Shown piece after piece: positions 1 through 14,100 of a stretch of DNA of 64,000 nt. This stretch comes from Lama glama (taxonomy: Eukaryota), in contig CM052849.1 of NCBI GenBank assembly GCA_028534125.1, positions 20,646,001-20,710,000 of the forward strand, in the 5' to 3' direction. Positions within the stretch are counted from its first letter, which is position 1. The number at the start of each line of letters is the position of its first letter. Below the pieces are notes generated by a model. It did not search any database. It saw only the letters and a list, made by a program, of their open reading frames with translations, and was not told the DNA's origin. Both the position numbers and the translations under genes were made by a program.

Positions 1-574
1 CAAAACAGGACAAAGCAACAGAGCGGGAAACAGCTTCAAAAGCAGCAACAGCTCCTGGGAGCATGGAAGTGCGTCTGAGCCCCTCTTCCAGCCGCTCCTA
101 AGACCCACCCACCTCCTGTCCTCCAGGAGATATTGGCTCAACCTTCCTTCAGTTGGCAAATACTCCAATCGCTGTCCTTTCAACACACTCCTTCTGCCCA
201 AGTCAGCCGAAGCCGAAGTTGGGTGTCTGCCATTTGCAACAACAGCAGAAGAAAACCTGACCAATCCAAGCTCATGTCTGGGTTCTCCGTAACCATAGTT
301 AAGTTCTAGAGTTCCGAGGAGCTCAGGAAACGCTTGCTGGATAAACAAAGAAATGAAGGGCAGTGTGGTGCCTGACAGCTGCCAGAACCAGACTCCTCAG
401 GGGTCATTTCTTGCCAGAGCAGGTGGTTGGTGGCACCAGCCCTGACTGAGGGGCAGCCAGGAGCTTGGGAGGTAGCATCGAGCTTCAAGGCACAGGGAAC
501 CAGAGAGCCTGGGGCCCACCCCCTCCTCTGTGGCTTGCATGGGCTTTTGACAGGGTCATTTCAGATTGCACTCC

Positions 575-1060
575 TTCAGTAAGTTGTGCCTTATGGCAGA
601 AGATTCAACCTGGATTAAGCAAAAAGGGAATATATTGAATCTTGTGTATTTAAAGTCCACACATAGATCTCACTTCAGGTACAGCTGGATCCAGAAGTTA
701 AAAAAATGTCTTCAGATCTCCTTACTCAGCTTCCTCCACCCATTCCCTAGCAGGCATTCCCCATGTGATGGCAAGACCCCAGCTGACACCTGCCTTCCCC
801 CAAGACCTGAGGGAAAGAGGGAACCTGCCTCCCATGGTTACCACCTGGGTCATGTGCCCATCCCTGGACCAATCACTGGGGACAGAAATGGGATGTCCCA
901 ATTGGCAAAGCTTGACTGACACACTCATACCTGGAGCCAGAGATGGAGTTAACACCTCCCTAATTTCAAAGAGTCAGTGTAGGAGAGGAAGGATTCCCCA
1001 GAGGAAAATCAGGGTGCCATTACCAAACACATGAAGGACAACAGATGTGGGACAATTCTC
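575..1060 (-). mobile_element. Old MaLR LTR (MLT1J/K-like) fragment
   Basis: Blocks 'ttcaggtacagctggatccag', 'ggtcatgtgcccatccctggaccaatcactg' and 'cccagaggaaaatcagggtgccattacc' resemble the recalled MLT1 reverse-complement consensus. Bounds are approximate. Confidence 0.6.
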
Positions 1061-1477
1061 ACTGTCCACTAAATAGCCACCCATGCCCCTCTTTCCAGCT
1101 CACAGAGCCTCATTTTGTTCCATAAGAGGCAGAAACTCCTGGGCCACAGGAAAGACTGACCACCCAATGCCAGCCTTATGATATGTGGTCTACCAAATTA
1201 GTAAATACACACCCCTTGCCAGATTGCCCTCTCTACGTGGGCACTGCAGTGAGGACGTGATGCCTAGAGCTGCATGTTGTATCTACAAACCATCAAGTAA
1301 GAGAAATAAAAGCCAATGCTGCGCGTCATGTTCTATTTCTTGACTGTTACACGGGCAACATGGAACACATAACATTTTGTGAGAATTTACTGAACCCTGC
1401 ACTTTTCCACCTGGGGAAAGCTAAGAATTGCAATTAAGAACTGGTAACACCTACCAACTGAAAGTCTTGTATCAGTT

Positions 1478-1575
1478 CAACTAAGAGATTAAGTGAATTA
1501 ACATGTGAAAAGTGTTTGGAATCACGTCTGATAAATTCTCGGGGAGTGATAGCTGTTAGCATCATCACCATCACC
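1478..1575 (+). mobile_element. MIR SINE 3' end fragment
   Basis: 'gagattaagtgaattaacatgtgaaaagtgtttgga...tgttagcatcatc' resembles the MIR 3' consensus. Confidence 0.5.
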
Positions 1576-1758
1576 ACTCCTGCTGGCCTAACATGCAACG
1601 CTTCCTCCGTGGGGAAGCTTCTCTTGGCCCCACATTCCTCTCCAGATACTTCCCACTCCATGGTCCCCCTCACCGTTAAACTCGTTGATTCTGCCTTAAC
1701 GTCACACCCACAGCTACCAGCCATGGTTTCCACCACTTTCCATGGCGGAAACTGGTAA

Positions 1759-2277
1759 TGAGACAGGAGGAAAGGGGTAGGGCACAGCCATTCAAGGAAT
1801 GACACAGCAATTAACACCAAGAGGCGGAAGATTCAACTCCCATTGGACCCTGAGCTTCATTATACGCTCACTGTAACATATCAGCATGGGAAATTGGCTC
1901 TCCCGCAGGCGCCGTGGCAGTTCCGAGGCTGACCAGAAAAGGTCAAGAAGTGGGCGGTGGCCCAGCTCCTGGGAATCCCCTCCCCTTCCCCAAAAGCAGC
2001 GGGAATAATCCTCCCACTCGCTAGCATTTGAAGCTACCGAGTCCGTGAAAACTAGCAAACCCCATACCTTGTGGCCGCTCTGTCTGCTGAGTGAGACAGC
2101 CTGCCCTCTGTCTACGGAGTGTGCATCTCTGAATAAATCTACTTTTACTCAGTTGTGGCTGACTCTTGACTTCTTTCCTGCACGAAGCCAAGGACCCACA
2201 CTTGGCAGGGCGCATCCCAGGGACTCAGCCAAGACCTGGGATGTGGCCATCCTCTCACCCACATCTTTCCTGTATCA
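1759..2277 (+). mobile_element. Solo ERV (ERV1-type) LTR, 519 bp
   Basis: Starts TGAGACAGGA and ends TCCTGTATCA (terminal inverted repeat, 1 mismatch, TG...CA ends). Flanked by a 4-bp TSD GTAA (1755-1758 and 2278-2281). Internal AATAAA at 2132-2137 is followed by a U5-like tail. Confidence 0.85.
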
Positions 2278-2589
2278 GTAACTTGGAGTGTGAGGCCTTG
2301 TTAATACTCATCTCCACTTGCTGACTGCAGGCCCCCGGGGACCAGGTCTGTGCCTCTAGAGGTCACCACCACCTCCACTGCACACAAAGATGTTCTGAAA
2401 GTTGTGCAGAACCAACAACTTGCTCCCGCAGGCTGGCAGAGCAGACCCGTGCTGGTCCCTAACTGGTGGGCTCATCACAGTCCGTGCCTGAGGCACCCAG
2501 CCATAGCCAAGGGGCTATGGGAGATCTTTTCTGAGCCTGGCTGCATGGACCCTCCACCCTGCTCATCCCCATTTGCATCAGTCAACTAG

Positions 2590-2900
2590 TGCACAAAGTG
2601 CTGAGTAACAAACAGCCCCAAGAGCCCAGACTCTTGAAACAGCAAGTATAGTTCATGTGTTTGGAGGTTGGCTGAACTGCTCACTTCAACTGGAATCACC
2701 CATTCCAGGTGTGTCTCGCCCTCCCTGTCCTCCTGGATCCAGTGGGCCAGCCTGGGCATGGCCTTCTCACGGCCCTGGCAGAGGCACAAGAGAACAAGTG
2801 GAAACACACGGGGTCTCTTGGGTCTAGGCTCAGAGTGGGCACTTGGTCACTTCCATCCTTCCCATGGACAAAGGCAAGGCATAGCAGGACCCAGGATGGG
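2590..2900 (-). mobile_element. MaLR LTR (MLT1H/I/J-like) fragment
   Basis: 'gcagaggcacaagagaacaagtggaaacac...ctaggctcagagtgggcac...gtcacttcc...caaaggcaag' matches the recalled MLT1 pattern. Confidence 0.55.
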
Positions 2901-2944
2901 GTTTCCAGGACAGGGAGCAACGTCCCACCATCCGAGTAGTGGCC

Positions 2945-3090
2945 TGTAGGCATTTCCTGTGGCCAAAAACTTGGTGGCTTAAAGCAACAGACAGCCATTC
3001 TCTCACAGTCCTGGAAGCTAGAGGTCCTAGATCCAGGTGTCAGGAGGGCTGCGCTTCCTCTGACAGCTCTGAAAAGACTGCCTCTTTGCT
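2945..3090 (-). mobile_element. MaLR LTR (MLT1A-D-like) terminal fragment
   Basis: 'aacttggtggcttaaagcaacagacagccattctctcacagtcctggaagctagaggtcc...ggtgtcaggagggctgcgcttcctctga' is the typical MLT1 end. Confidence 0.7.
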
Positions 3091-5924
3091 GCTGACCTGA
3101 ACTTGGCAGACTGAGACTTGCACCCATCACCTCCCCAGGGAAAGCCAGTCTGAGTCCATTCCGGCCCAAGGCCCAGTTGGACATCTAAAGTTCCACAGCA
3201 GAGTAAGCCAGCCTGGGTCTGGGTTTCTGTTACCTCCAAGCGGAAGAGCCCTGCGGCCCCCTCCTCCCTCCCACAGGCTGCCCCCCACCACCTGCCCTGC
3301 ATACCGCTCAGGGCCAGGTTGGAGGGCAGGGTCCACGCAGACAGGGCCTGCCTGCCTTCCCGTTCTTGCATGAGCCTCCCATTCCTCCCCCAAGGCTAGC
3401 CCTGCTGGATGACACCCTCCAGGGAGAGTCAGGAAGTCAGGACGCCTGGGTCACCCCAGATAAAGGCCACTTATGGCCCCCACTGTGCGCCGCCACCGAG
3501 TCAGGCCCACAACCTCTGTTCTGGAGACAACGTGCCCCTGAAGGACAGGAGACCAAGACGGCAGGAGGGCACCCGATCCTGGAGAGGCCTCGGGCCCCCG
3601 AGGTGCACTGTCTGTGGGATTGGGTGCCAAAGCCTGACCTTCCACGGTGGACAGCTGGGGTGGTGGGGACAGCCCTGATGGGCGTGGCCTGTGTGTCTCT
3701 AGGGCGGCCAGGAGTCTGGGTGGCAGCTTTCAAGATGCAGAGCCCAGACAAACCCAGGGTCCAGAGGGGACCTCTCGCCACCCCCGCCTGCAGGACACAG
3801 CCATCCCACAGAGTCCGGCCCTTCCTCAGGACCCCAGGAGGTGGCCAGAGATGGACGGAAGCCCCCAGGGCTGCAGCCTGGAGCTGCCCGAGCTGCCTGG
3901 AGGTGGGGGGTGGGGGGTGCTGGATCGTAACACTGTGCGTGACTGCAGCAGGCCGGGCGCCTTGCGGGGACCCCCGGAGGTGAACTGGCCGCTCTTGCTC
4001 TCACTTCTGTTGGCCAGAGCACACGGCTGTCTCATGTGGGCAGCCCTGACCCGCCACCCGGTAAGGGGAATTCTGAGAAATGTTCCCACCTGGCTGAGTC
4101 CACCCAGCACGAAGCCACCAACTTCGGGGAGAAGTGACATCTGAGTTAGGAGTGATGAAGTGGGAGGGTGCGGACACGGCAGGACGGGTGGGGGTCAGGA
4201 CAGCTGGGCTGATCCTGTGGAGCAGGAATTAGGGGAAGGGGCACACTTGGGATGAGGACACCCCAAATTTCAATCCCTTGGATACACACCATTGGACTGG
4301 CATCGCCTGGGAGACCTGCTGTGACGAGTGGGAATGCAGTCCCCAAACCTTTACTTCCCGTTTGTAGTAGGCCCACACACCTGCCCCTGCCACATAACCA
4401 CAGTGCCCCCTCCCCCAACTGGAGTGGAAGGCATCAGCTTCCTGCCCTATGAGTGATGGCTTTGGCCGAGTAACTTGCTTTAGACAGGATGTCGCCCGAT
4501 GAGGCTTAAAGCACAGGCTTTCCATGTGCCCGTGCGGCATGGCTCGGCCCCGTGAAGATGCCTCAGGTGGCTTACTTCTTGCAGCCTGAATCCCAGAGAC
4601 AGAGCCTTGGACAGACCTGAACTTGACCCATAGTCTGACGCAGAGCCCCTCTAGAAACCCACAGCCTTGTGGGAAAGAAAGAAAGAGTTGATATTCTAAG
4701 ACACAGAGATTCTGGGGGCTGTTTGTCACACAGCATTATCGTGACGGGAGCTAGGACATCTGCCCGTTCCTGAGCCAGGAAAGCGAGGAGCATCTCAGTG
4801 AGCTGTCCACCTCCCCAAGACTGCATCCCTTGAAGTAGGCTACATAGCCAGAAAGAGGTGGGATGGATACTGGGAAGGCTGAAACCAAACCACCATGATG
4901 GAGCAAAGAGCTGGCTCACAGATGTGGCACCAGGGCTGGCCTGTTAGCCAGAATTCATTTTCTGGCTGTCATCCTACAAGTAAAAAGTGTGTCTGAACCC
5001 CAAAGGGCTTCCGGCTCTGATGATTTATAGGGCCTGAATCAGAGCTGTGAGAGCACATTGAATTTTGAATACAATTCCACATCAATTAACTTTGCTCTGA
5101 GCCTTACAGAAAAGCAGGGACTCTAAAGCTAACCCGAACAGAGAAGACTGATGTGAGCCTATGGGCCACCCTGGAAGCAAGCCATTTCCAACAATGGCTT
5201 TCAGAGCTCTGCGGGGGAGGGCGCTCTACTGTGTGTGGTGACTGGGTGAGGGTCTGGGCTGCAGGTGGTGACCAGGTGAGGACCTGGCTCTGGGAGTGGG
5301 AACCAAGTGAAGGCTGGGCTTCAGGCCACACAGCAGTGGGCCAGCACTTTCAAGGTAGGCTGAGGGTGGGGAGAGGCTTCTCTCTGACAGCGTCCTGCCC
5401 TTGGGAAGGGGTCCCATTTCCCTGATTGGAGTCCTCAGGGATGGGAGGAGGCAGAAGGAGAGACCTGGGCCGGCTGCAGACTGGAACCCTGAGCCCTGAG
5501 CCCCAGGGGCCTGGGAGGAGCTAGTGAGAGGCTGGGGAGAAGAGGGAGGAAGTCAATGTCATCGAGAGCCACGCTGCCGGGGAGGTGGGGCAGGGCGTTA
5601 AAGGAGCCCACCCTCAGGGACCCTGGTTTGTTGCACATGAACAAGAGGGGCGCTGTTGGAGGCACACAGCCTCTGGCCCCCAGCCTCCCAGCCCCAGCCC
5701 GTTGGAAATGCAAATTTTTGAGCCCCAAGTAGGACCAGGACCAGATGAGTCTGGTATGTTACCAAGCCTCCGTCCCTGTGTGACTCCAGGCCTCACCTGA
5801 ACCACACACCACAGAGGGTATCGCGTCACACCTGGCCCCCTCCCCCTGTTTGACACAGAGAAGCTGGGTCATTTGCCCACAGTCCCGTGAGAGGAGCTGA
5901 GGTTGGAATCCAGGCAATATTCCA

Positions 5925-6075
5925 TTTCAGATTAAAGGTAATAAATAAAATGTGCAATTCTGTTCTTCAGTTGCACGAGCCACATCTCAAGGGTTCAAGG
6001 ACCCTGTGCGACTGGTGGCCACCAGACTGGACGGCAGAGATCTAGCAAGTTCCCATCACTAGCGTGATCTAGAAG
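5925..6075. mobile_element. MER3-like hAT-Charlie DNA transposon fragment
   Basis: 'aattctgttcttcagttgcacgagccacatctcaag...ctggtggccaccagactggacggcagagat...ttcccatcact' resembles the MER3 consensus. Confidence 0.65.
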
Positions 6076-6620
6076 CTTAGTCACTTTGGGCTTCCACACC
6101 CCACACCCGCCAGACCCTCCAGGAAGAAGAGGACAAAGTTGTATGCAAGCGAACAAGTCAGAACAAAAAGCAGAGCAGGCCGGGCCCCCCGCCACACCCA
6201 CCACACCAGCCGGGAGCCAAGGACGCGGAGCTCAGCCCCACAGGCCCCTGTAAATCCTGGGGAGGAAGCTCGGAGTCCTGGCAGGTGTCTAATCATTCCT
6301 GTACCATCTGCATGGTTGAGGGGCTGGAGGGCGGGGGTTGATGCACACAAGTCAGGCAGGCCGGATTCTGCCCTGACCACCCGCCCTGCCTCTCTCCTGA
6401 GGGTAGGTTTTCTGTGCCCAGAATCCTGAGGAGATGGAAGCTGATCCCTGAGGTGCTGGCTAGCCCCCTGAAAATGAATCAAAAAAGGGAAAACACCTCG
6501 GGGGGCTCCTCCTGGGGGAGAGCTAAGGATCCCAGAGAAGATGCCCCACATAGGGGTCTACAGAAACCCCATCCTTCACCTTGAATACACATCTAAGCAT
6601 CTTCAAGAACAGGTGATCAG

Positions 6621-6746
6621 GGAGGAGGGTATAGTTCAAGTGGTAGAATGCATGCTTAGCATGCACGAGGTTCTGGGTTCAATCCCCAGTACCTCTTCTA
6701 AAAACAAATAAACCTAACTACCCCCTCAAATTAAAAAAAAAAAAAG
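6621..6746 (+). mobile_element. tRNA(Ala)-derived SINE (camelid vic-1-like)
   Basis: A-box-like 'tagttcaagtggtaga', B-box 'ggttcaatccc', tRNA-Ala-like 'ttagcatgc' and a poly(A) tail. A 16-bp TSD flanks it: aagaacaggtgatcag (6605-6620) and aagaacagatgagcag (6747-6762), 2 mismatches. Confidence 0.85.
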
Positions 6747-7409
6747 AAGAACAGATGAGCAGATACAGGAGTTTCTGTCCTTGAAAACTTCATCAGCAGA
6801 ACTCAAACTTTCCCAAGCATTTTTCTAGGAAAGTGGGGAAGGGGTGGCAAGAAAGGACCCACTGGAAGCCCCTTGCAGTCCCCACGATCAGCGGCCCAGG
6901 ATACACAGAGGCCTGCGGGGCCCCTGGGGACGGGCAGGCAGGCCCAGTGTTACCCCTAGGACTCCCCCCTACCACCCCCATCCCAACACACACATTTTCT
7001 GGCCTTCTGTCCTCAGAGAGGAATTAGGGCCTCAGGAATGCAGAGGAAGTTTTCTGTCCTCCTAACAAGGCTCTTAAAAATCAAAAGGAGGCTGCTGGGG
7101 GGAGTCAGAGTTATACGAAAACCTGCAAGGGGAAAAGGAAGAGGGGGAGGGGACCCTGCCCCCACCCCGGGGAGGCTAGGAGGTGGGGGAGGTTCCCAGA
7201 GCAGAGAGCCTGACGGGGTGGGCCTGGGTGGACTGGAGGCCAGCAGCTCTGGGGGCCTGGGATCCCCACCCCCTGTATCCAGAAGCTCTGTGGAGCTGCC
7301 TTCCCAACTACTCCCAGGGACGACCCTGACAACTGTCTGTGACAACCCAGACCACGCAGCTCCCTACCCTGCACACCCTAGGGCCCTGGGACGGCTGGCT
7401 CCTTCTCAT

Positions 7410-7650
7410 CTGCTAGGTCTCAGCTCAGATTGTCACTCCTTGGAGAGGCCTTCCGGGACTACCCCATGCCAGCTTTCTATGACACCTCCCTATTGTGTTT
7501 TCTTCATGTGATCCTTTGATATTATCTTATTTGGCTCTGTGTTCAGGTTCTCTCTCACTTATAACAGGGCCGTCTGTCTCATCCATTAGTGCATCACAAA
7601 CAGCGCAGGATGTACGGCATTTGGTAAATATGTGTTGAATGAATTAATGA
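7410..7650 (+). mobile_element. L2 LINE 3' end
   Basis: 'ggtctcagctcagattgtcactccttggagaggccttcc' through the tail 'gtaaatatgtgttgaatgaattaatga' matches the L2 3' terminus. Confidence 0.7.
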
Positions 7651-8527
7651 CCTTAAGATTTGAGGAAGACAGTGGCCGCTCCCCACTTGCAGTGGGTCCT
7701 TGCCGCAGTCTCCCCTGGGTGAAAGAGGAAGTTCCTCCTTATTTCTAGCTTTCAGCTCTCCAGCTGCCCTTTCTCATTGTTCCCTCCCAGATGCAGCCTT
7801 CAGTGGAGAGCGGTTCCAGCAGCGCAAGCCACTGTCTCTATGCAAACCAGGCAGCCCACCCAGGGTGGTGAGGTGGCCCCCATAGGGCACAGTCCATGGT
7901 CCCGGGCTCTAGTCTTGGGAGCGCTGCCTTACTGTAAAGCCTGGCGAACTTGACCCAGGAAGAGGGTGAAGAGATGCACTTCGTGTAGAACTCCCCCTCT
8001 TGACCCCTCCTGCCCCCAAGACTAGAACTCAGAGGTCGGGGTTGCCTGAGCAGGGAGTGGTGGAGAGCACCAGGAGCCGCGGAGGGGCAGGACCAGCCTT
8101 CAGGGAGACCCCGGGGTAGGGGAGCAGGGCACACGCGAAGAAGCCCTGGACTGGGGTCCAGGGTAATGAGGGGGCCGTGAAACCCTCACATGGCTTTCAC
8201 ACACCTCCACTCTTGGGGGGGTGGTCGGTCCCCCCTCACGAGCCGAGTAAGACCCTTACCCCCTGCCCCCGTATTAGGAGTGGTGGCGAGGACGCCTCAC
8301 GCATAGCCCGCCATCATGGGTGGGGACGAGGACGCCCCATCCTTGCTCCCCTGCCCCCAGCTTGGGAGTGACGGTGAGCGCGCCCCTTCAGTCCATATGT
8401 CTAGTATGGCTGGAGGGGCCTCCCACTTTTCTGTTCATGCGCTCCCATTTAAAGATTCTTTCGGAATGAGGCCGCGGCTGCGGAGGTGCAAAGACGCCCC
8501 CAACTCCGCAACGGGAAGAAAGGGTAG

Positions 8528-9463
<936 letters not shown>

Positions 9464-10819
9464 GTAGGTGGGCCCCCGCGAGCACGCTGCGGCCAGAGTC
9501 GCGAGCGGGGCTCCCCCGGGCCATCGGGACACCCACCCCCCAGGGCTCCGCGGGCTGCGTGGGCCCCGCGGGTCTTCCGGGTTGCTCTTGAAGGACCCTG
9601 GAGCCTGCGGTTGGTGCAGGGATGTTTGTGTCTTGAGGCTGTGACTTAAAAATCTCTAAATTGCACTGTCCGCAATGGGTCTGTCTAGCTACTCAGTCGG
9701 CCTTTTTTTCAGTTGTGTTTCTGTTGCCAAGATATCACTCTGTTTAGTTCGGGATGTGCTAGGGAGGTGGACACTGCTGGACTTGGAGGTGAAGGTGATA
9801 AAATGGATACTTAGAGGATTCTTCCTGTTCCTCTCCTCCCGTCTGAGGTCTCTGTTCAGATGGGGAGAGGGACGGTCATATTTTAGCTCCCTCTCTGGGA
9901 CCACTGTTTGCTGCGTGGTTAATAGGATGCCAAAAAAATACTGCTTGTCTGGTTGACTTGACATGGACTGTATTTGTTGAGCAAATACTTCCCTTCTTGC
10001 CTGAACCCAAGTGAGTGGAGAAGGAAATGAATGCTGTCAGAGGTGGCAAGTGGACTGGTTGGGTAGCTGCTGTCTCCTAGAACTGGCAGGCCTCAGAACC
10101 CTGTGAGCCTCAGCCAGCCAGCCTACCCCTCCACCCTCCAGGGGCCCCATGCAGCACTTACTTTGGGGGACCAGCATCTGCTGGGTTTGGGGTCCCAGGG
10201 ACTGCTCAGTTAGCAGCTCCCCTTCCCTTTCCCTGGGGCTTGGAGGCCAGCGACCTAGGATTCCCCAGTCTCAGAGGCTGAGCTCTAGGAGAGGGGAAGT
10301 CCCCATACTGCAGATCCCTGCAGTGAGCTCTCTCCAGGGGGCGGGGGTGCCTGGTCTGTAGAGAGCCTCAGGGTCAGGCGCTTGCAGCCAGGGGGAGGTG
10401 GCCCAGGGACAGGTTTGCTGCTTTCTGTCTGGGCACATGGGTGCACAGGGGTGGGGCACCTGCGTCCGAGCTTGTGCTAACACACAGCTCCAGGATCCTC
10501 TGTTGTGCACATCTAGAAAGCCTGAGATGGCTCCTGGGCCGAGGGATCCTCAGCTGACGCGCTTTGGTGGCGTATGGGGGCACCTGCCTTGGCTCTTTAT
10601 TGGGGAGGGGTGGCCCCAGGGCCGAGTTTTCCACCTTTGTACAAGCCAGGTCTTGCCCTGCAGCCTCTAAGAGTGGATACACCACCTGCCTTCCAGATGT
10701 AACCACTCTGTCAGGTGGAGGGAAAAAGAACCCTAACTGCAGCCTCCAAGGTTCTATGCTCCATCAGCTGCTCTGACAGCTGGACTCTGGCACCAGCCCG
10801 TCAGCCTCTTTCAGGTTAT

Positions 10820-11125
10820 GCCTCAGGGCCTCCGTACTTGCTGTTCCTCTGCCTTGGTCACTTGGTACCTTCCTGTCTCAGCACGGATGTCTCTCAGAGA
10901 GCCTCTCTGGCCTGACACAGCATCCCTTTCCCCCCACAGGTCCTTCTCCCCATGTTATTTTATATACTTTCTTTCCTGTCAGTTCCCATTCTCTCCCATG
11001 CTGTCTTGTAATTTGCTCACTCAAAACAGGTGCTCTCCCCACCAGAACTAGTAGCTCTGGCATCTTGTCTGTGTGTGTGCCCTGTGGGGTCCTAGTGCCC
11101 CAGACATGGTTGTGGAGTGAACTAG
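10820..11125 (+). mobile_element. L2 LINE fragment
   Basis: 'cctcagggcctccgtacttgctgttcctctgcc' and 'ctcagagagcctctctg' resemble the L2 3' region. Confidence 0.55.
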
Positions 11126-14100
11126 TGAGAGGAGAAACCGAAGTTCAGGGCGGCTGCGCCCAAGGTCACTCACAGGCCCTGGTGAAATGAGCCTGGTCCA
11201 CTCACTGCCTGCAGTGGCTCTGGCTGTACCTCTCCTGCATCAGGGGACACAAAATACAGCTTTGGGTTTAGGGGACTTCTGCAGGCTCAGACCAGACGAG
11301 ACTGAGCCTCCCTTCTGCTTGGCATTCACACAGACGCATCACCCTGGGGCTGCTCCGTGTGCCTTTCTCTGCCCTTCTGAGCCAGGGAGAGGGCTGCTGC
11401 CTTGGAAAGTACGGGGCTTCTGGGCAAGTCATGACTTCTAGATCGGCCTGCTTGTTTGGCCTCATTTCTTGCTGAAGTGTAGTGGTTTTCCCCCAGAGCT
11501 CAGATAACTCACGATGGCTAGCATGCAGCGATCGAGGACTTGGCCAGCGCTGTTTGGAGCCTGCTTGTCCCCACTGCACAGATAGGGACTCTGAGGCCCA
11601 GCGCCGTGAGTGTCATGGCTTTGGCCTGCCCAGTCTCAGATCTCTGCCAGGCCCTCAGGAGTCTGTCTTGGCCTCCATGTGGACATAAGCTGCCACCCTG
11701 GGAGCATAAACAACCAAATGTCAAGTGTAGACCCGCTCAGGAGGTGGGACCCATGCAGAGTGCCAGTGTCCCTCAAGTCCTCCTTTGTCCTGATGTGGTC
11801 CTCCCCACCCCCCACATCCCAGTAGGCCCCCCGCCCTCTATGCCCTGGGAAGGCCTCCTCCCACCCTGTTCCCCAGGCAGACCTCCCACCCACCAGGTCC
11901 CAGGCAGGTGCCAGACTCCCCCACTCTCAGCCCCATGTACTGCTGCTTTTCTGTGTCTGCCCCTGAGGGACAATGAGACAGATCCCTGCCTCTGGGGCAG
12001 CTGGGAGGGTCACCGGCCACTTCTGTTAAGTGCTGTGGGCAGAGCAGGCACTCTGTAATGTGGTGGCGATATTGTCAGCTGAGAAAGAGCCCCTAGGTGT
12101 GGCCTGACTCAGGATGTGTCAACAGGTCTGGGGATAGAGTTGTCTCCATTGGAGCCCTGGGTTGTACGGCTGGAGTCCAGTGTCTGAGCTGAGGGTGTGC
12201 AGAGGCCACAGTCTGGGCACGGGGTCACACCCCTGAACCCTGTCCCACATCAGCTTTCTGATTCTCCATTAATCAGGGTAGGGGCCGTGAGCAGGTAGCA
12301 GTGGGATGGGGTCTTGTGTTGGGGCTCTATTTTCTGTTCTCAGGGACATTTGGCATGGACCAATGGACAACTCTTGCTGTCTCTCTGGTTCCTGTGACAT
12401 CTCTGCCTCCTGATGTGTTGACCAGAGGTGATGGAGAGGCCCTTGGGGGACAGGCCAGAGCAGCGCTGTGGTTCTCTACCTAGATCTGCCCTTCTTCCCT
12501 ATGACAAAAGCCGCTCTTGGACTGCAGGGCAGGTTGTGCAGGCCCCTGGGTGTCCCAGGAGATCCACCTTGCAGGCAGAATTAGGACGGGCCTGGCAGAC
12601 CTACGTGTGCCTCTTGGTTGCCCTCGGGGTTGGCTGCACAATGCTCCGGCCCTTGCTCCTCAGTGCTCTGTCTGTGCAGGTCTAGAGGGTTTGCCACTAG
12701 CACCCAGTGGAAACCACCCTTCTGGTTTGGCATCCGTATGATTCCTTGTTGGTTTGCTTTTCAAACAGTAAAACACTTTTACCTGGTTCAGAGGAATCAA
12801 GCTCTATGGAAAAGCGTATTTTGGAAGAAGTCGGCTCCAAACTAGCCTCCTTCAGTAACTACTCTCACCAGCTCTTGGTGAGCATGTTTCCGGGGCATGT
12901 TACACAGCTGTCACCATACCGACTTGCAGTCTCTCCTTTTTTGTTGAAGGCAAAGATCATTCACCACATCTGTACCCATGTCTGGGAGGTGTGTACCCAG
13001 GAACAGAGATGGAAAGGAAAACACCCCAAGTTTTAGCTGTGGTCACAGGTGACTTCCTTTCTCTAATTCTGCTTCCTACTTTCTGATCAACATATGTTAA
13101 CTTCTATAGCCCACAAAACGTACACCTGAAGCCACATGTGAACGACTCACTGAGAAACCCTGCTCCTCCCCCCACACACCACATCAGCAGGTGGGTGGGT
13201 GGTCCTGGTCTGGCCGCCCAGCTCCCAGCCTTCAGGGCTGTCCAGGGCTGCCCAGCGGCTTGCATTGCATTTCTGCTGAAAATAACGGAGCTCTTCCCAG
13301 CTTGGGATATGCGCCTCAAACCCGCTGACTGCAGCTGAGGGGCGGGTTTAGCTCTGGACATGGTCCCATGGTGGATGGGGTGGTCTGTGAAGGGAGCCAA
13401 GACTCCCCCGACCCTGGGTCACATCCAGTAGGCTCAGGACTGGTGGCGTCTCTGCAGGCAGGATTCCGCATCCTTCAGGAGTAGGGAGCACGTGATCTGT
13501 GCTGGCTCTGGGTGCTCAGGGCCCGGAGTGTGGGGACCTGGGTGTAGCTCCACTGGCCCATGGATAGAAGGAAGCTCATGCTGTCGGTTTGTCTGGGGGT
13601 CCACGTACACAGCCCAACCCCCTGACAGAGGGAGAACAGGGCTGAGACCACGCACATGACTAGGCTGGGTGAGGAGAAGCCTCCAGGCCACAGCACCTCC
13701 TCCAGGCTACCTTCTGCTCTTCACATGGGGAACCTGAGCCCCAGAGAAAGAGAGTGCAGGCACAGGCTGGCAGTGTGGTACTGAGACTGGAAACTGCCTA
13801 GGACAGTGTTAGGCTGCTCCATCTTGCCCCACAAAGGCCCACAGCTTGGGGTGGGGGGCACTGCTCCCTCCAGAGGGGACCCTTCCAGCCAGTGATTGGA
13901 AAGCCATCGCACAGCCCCCTTGGTCCACGTGAGCATCTGCCACCCTAAGGCAGCAGGAGATTTGCTACTTGCAGGGTGGGGGGGCTCTGGGCGCAGCCTG
14001 CCCCCGCACTGCTACTGTCTCCTATTGTGGGTTAGCGCCTCGTTGTCCGGGAGCCAAGCACTGTGGGCACAGCGGTGACAACAGCTGCTCAGGGCATGTC

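Noticed and set aside
6621-6695. Possible tRNA-Ala gene
   Set aside because: It has a SINE tail, poly(A) and TSDs, and an imperfect acceptor stem; it is a retroposed SINE.
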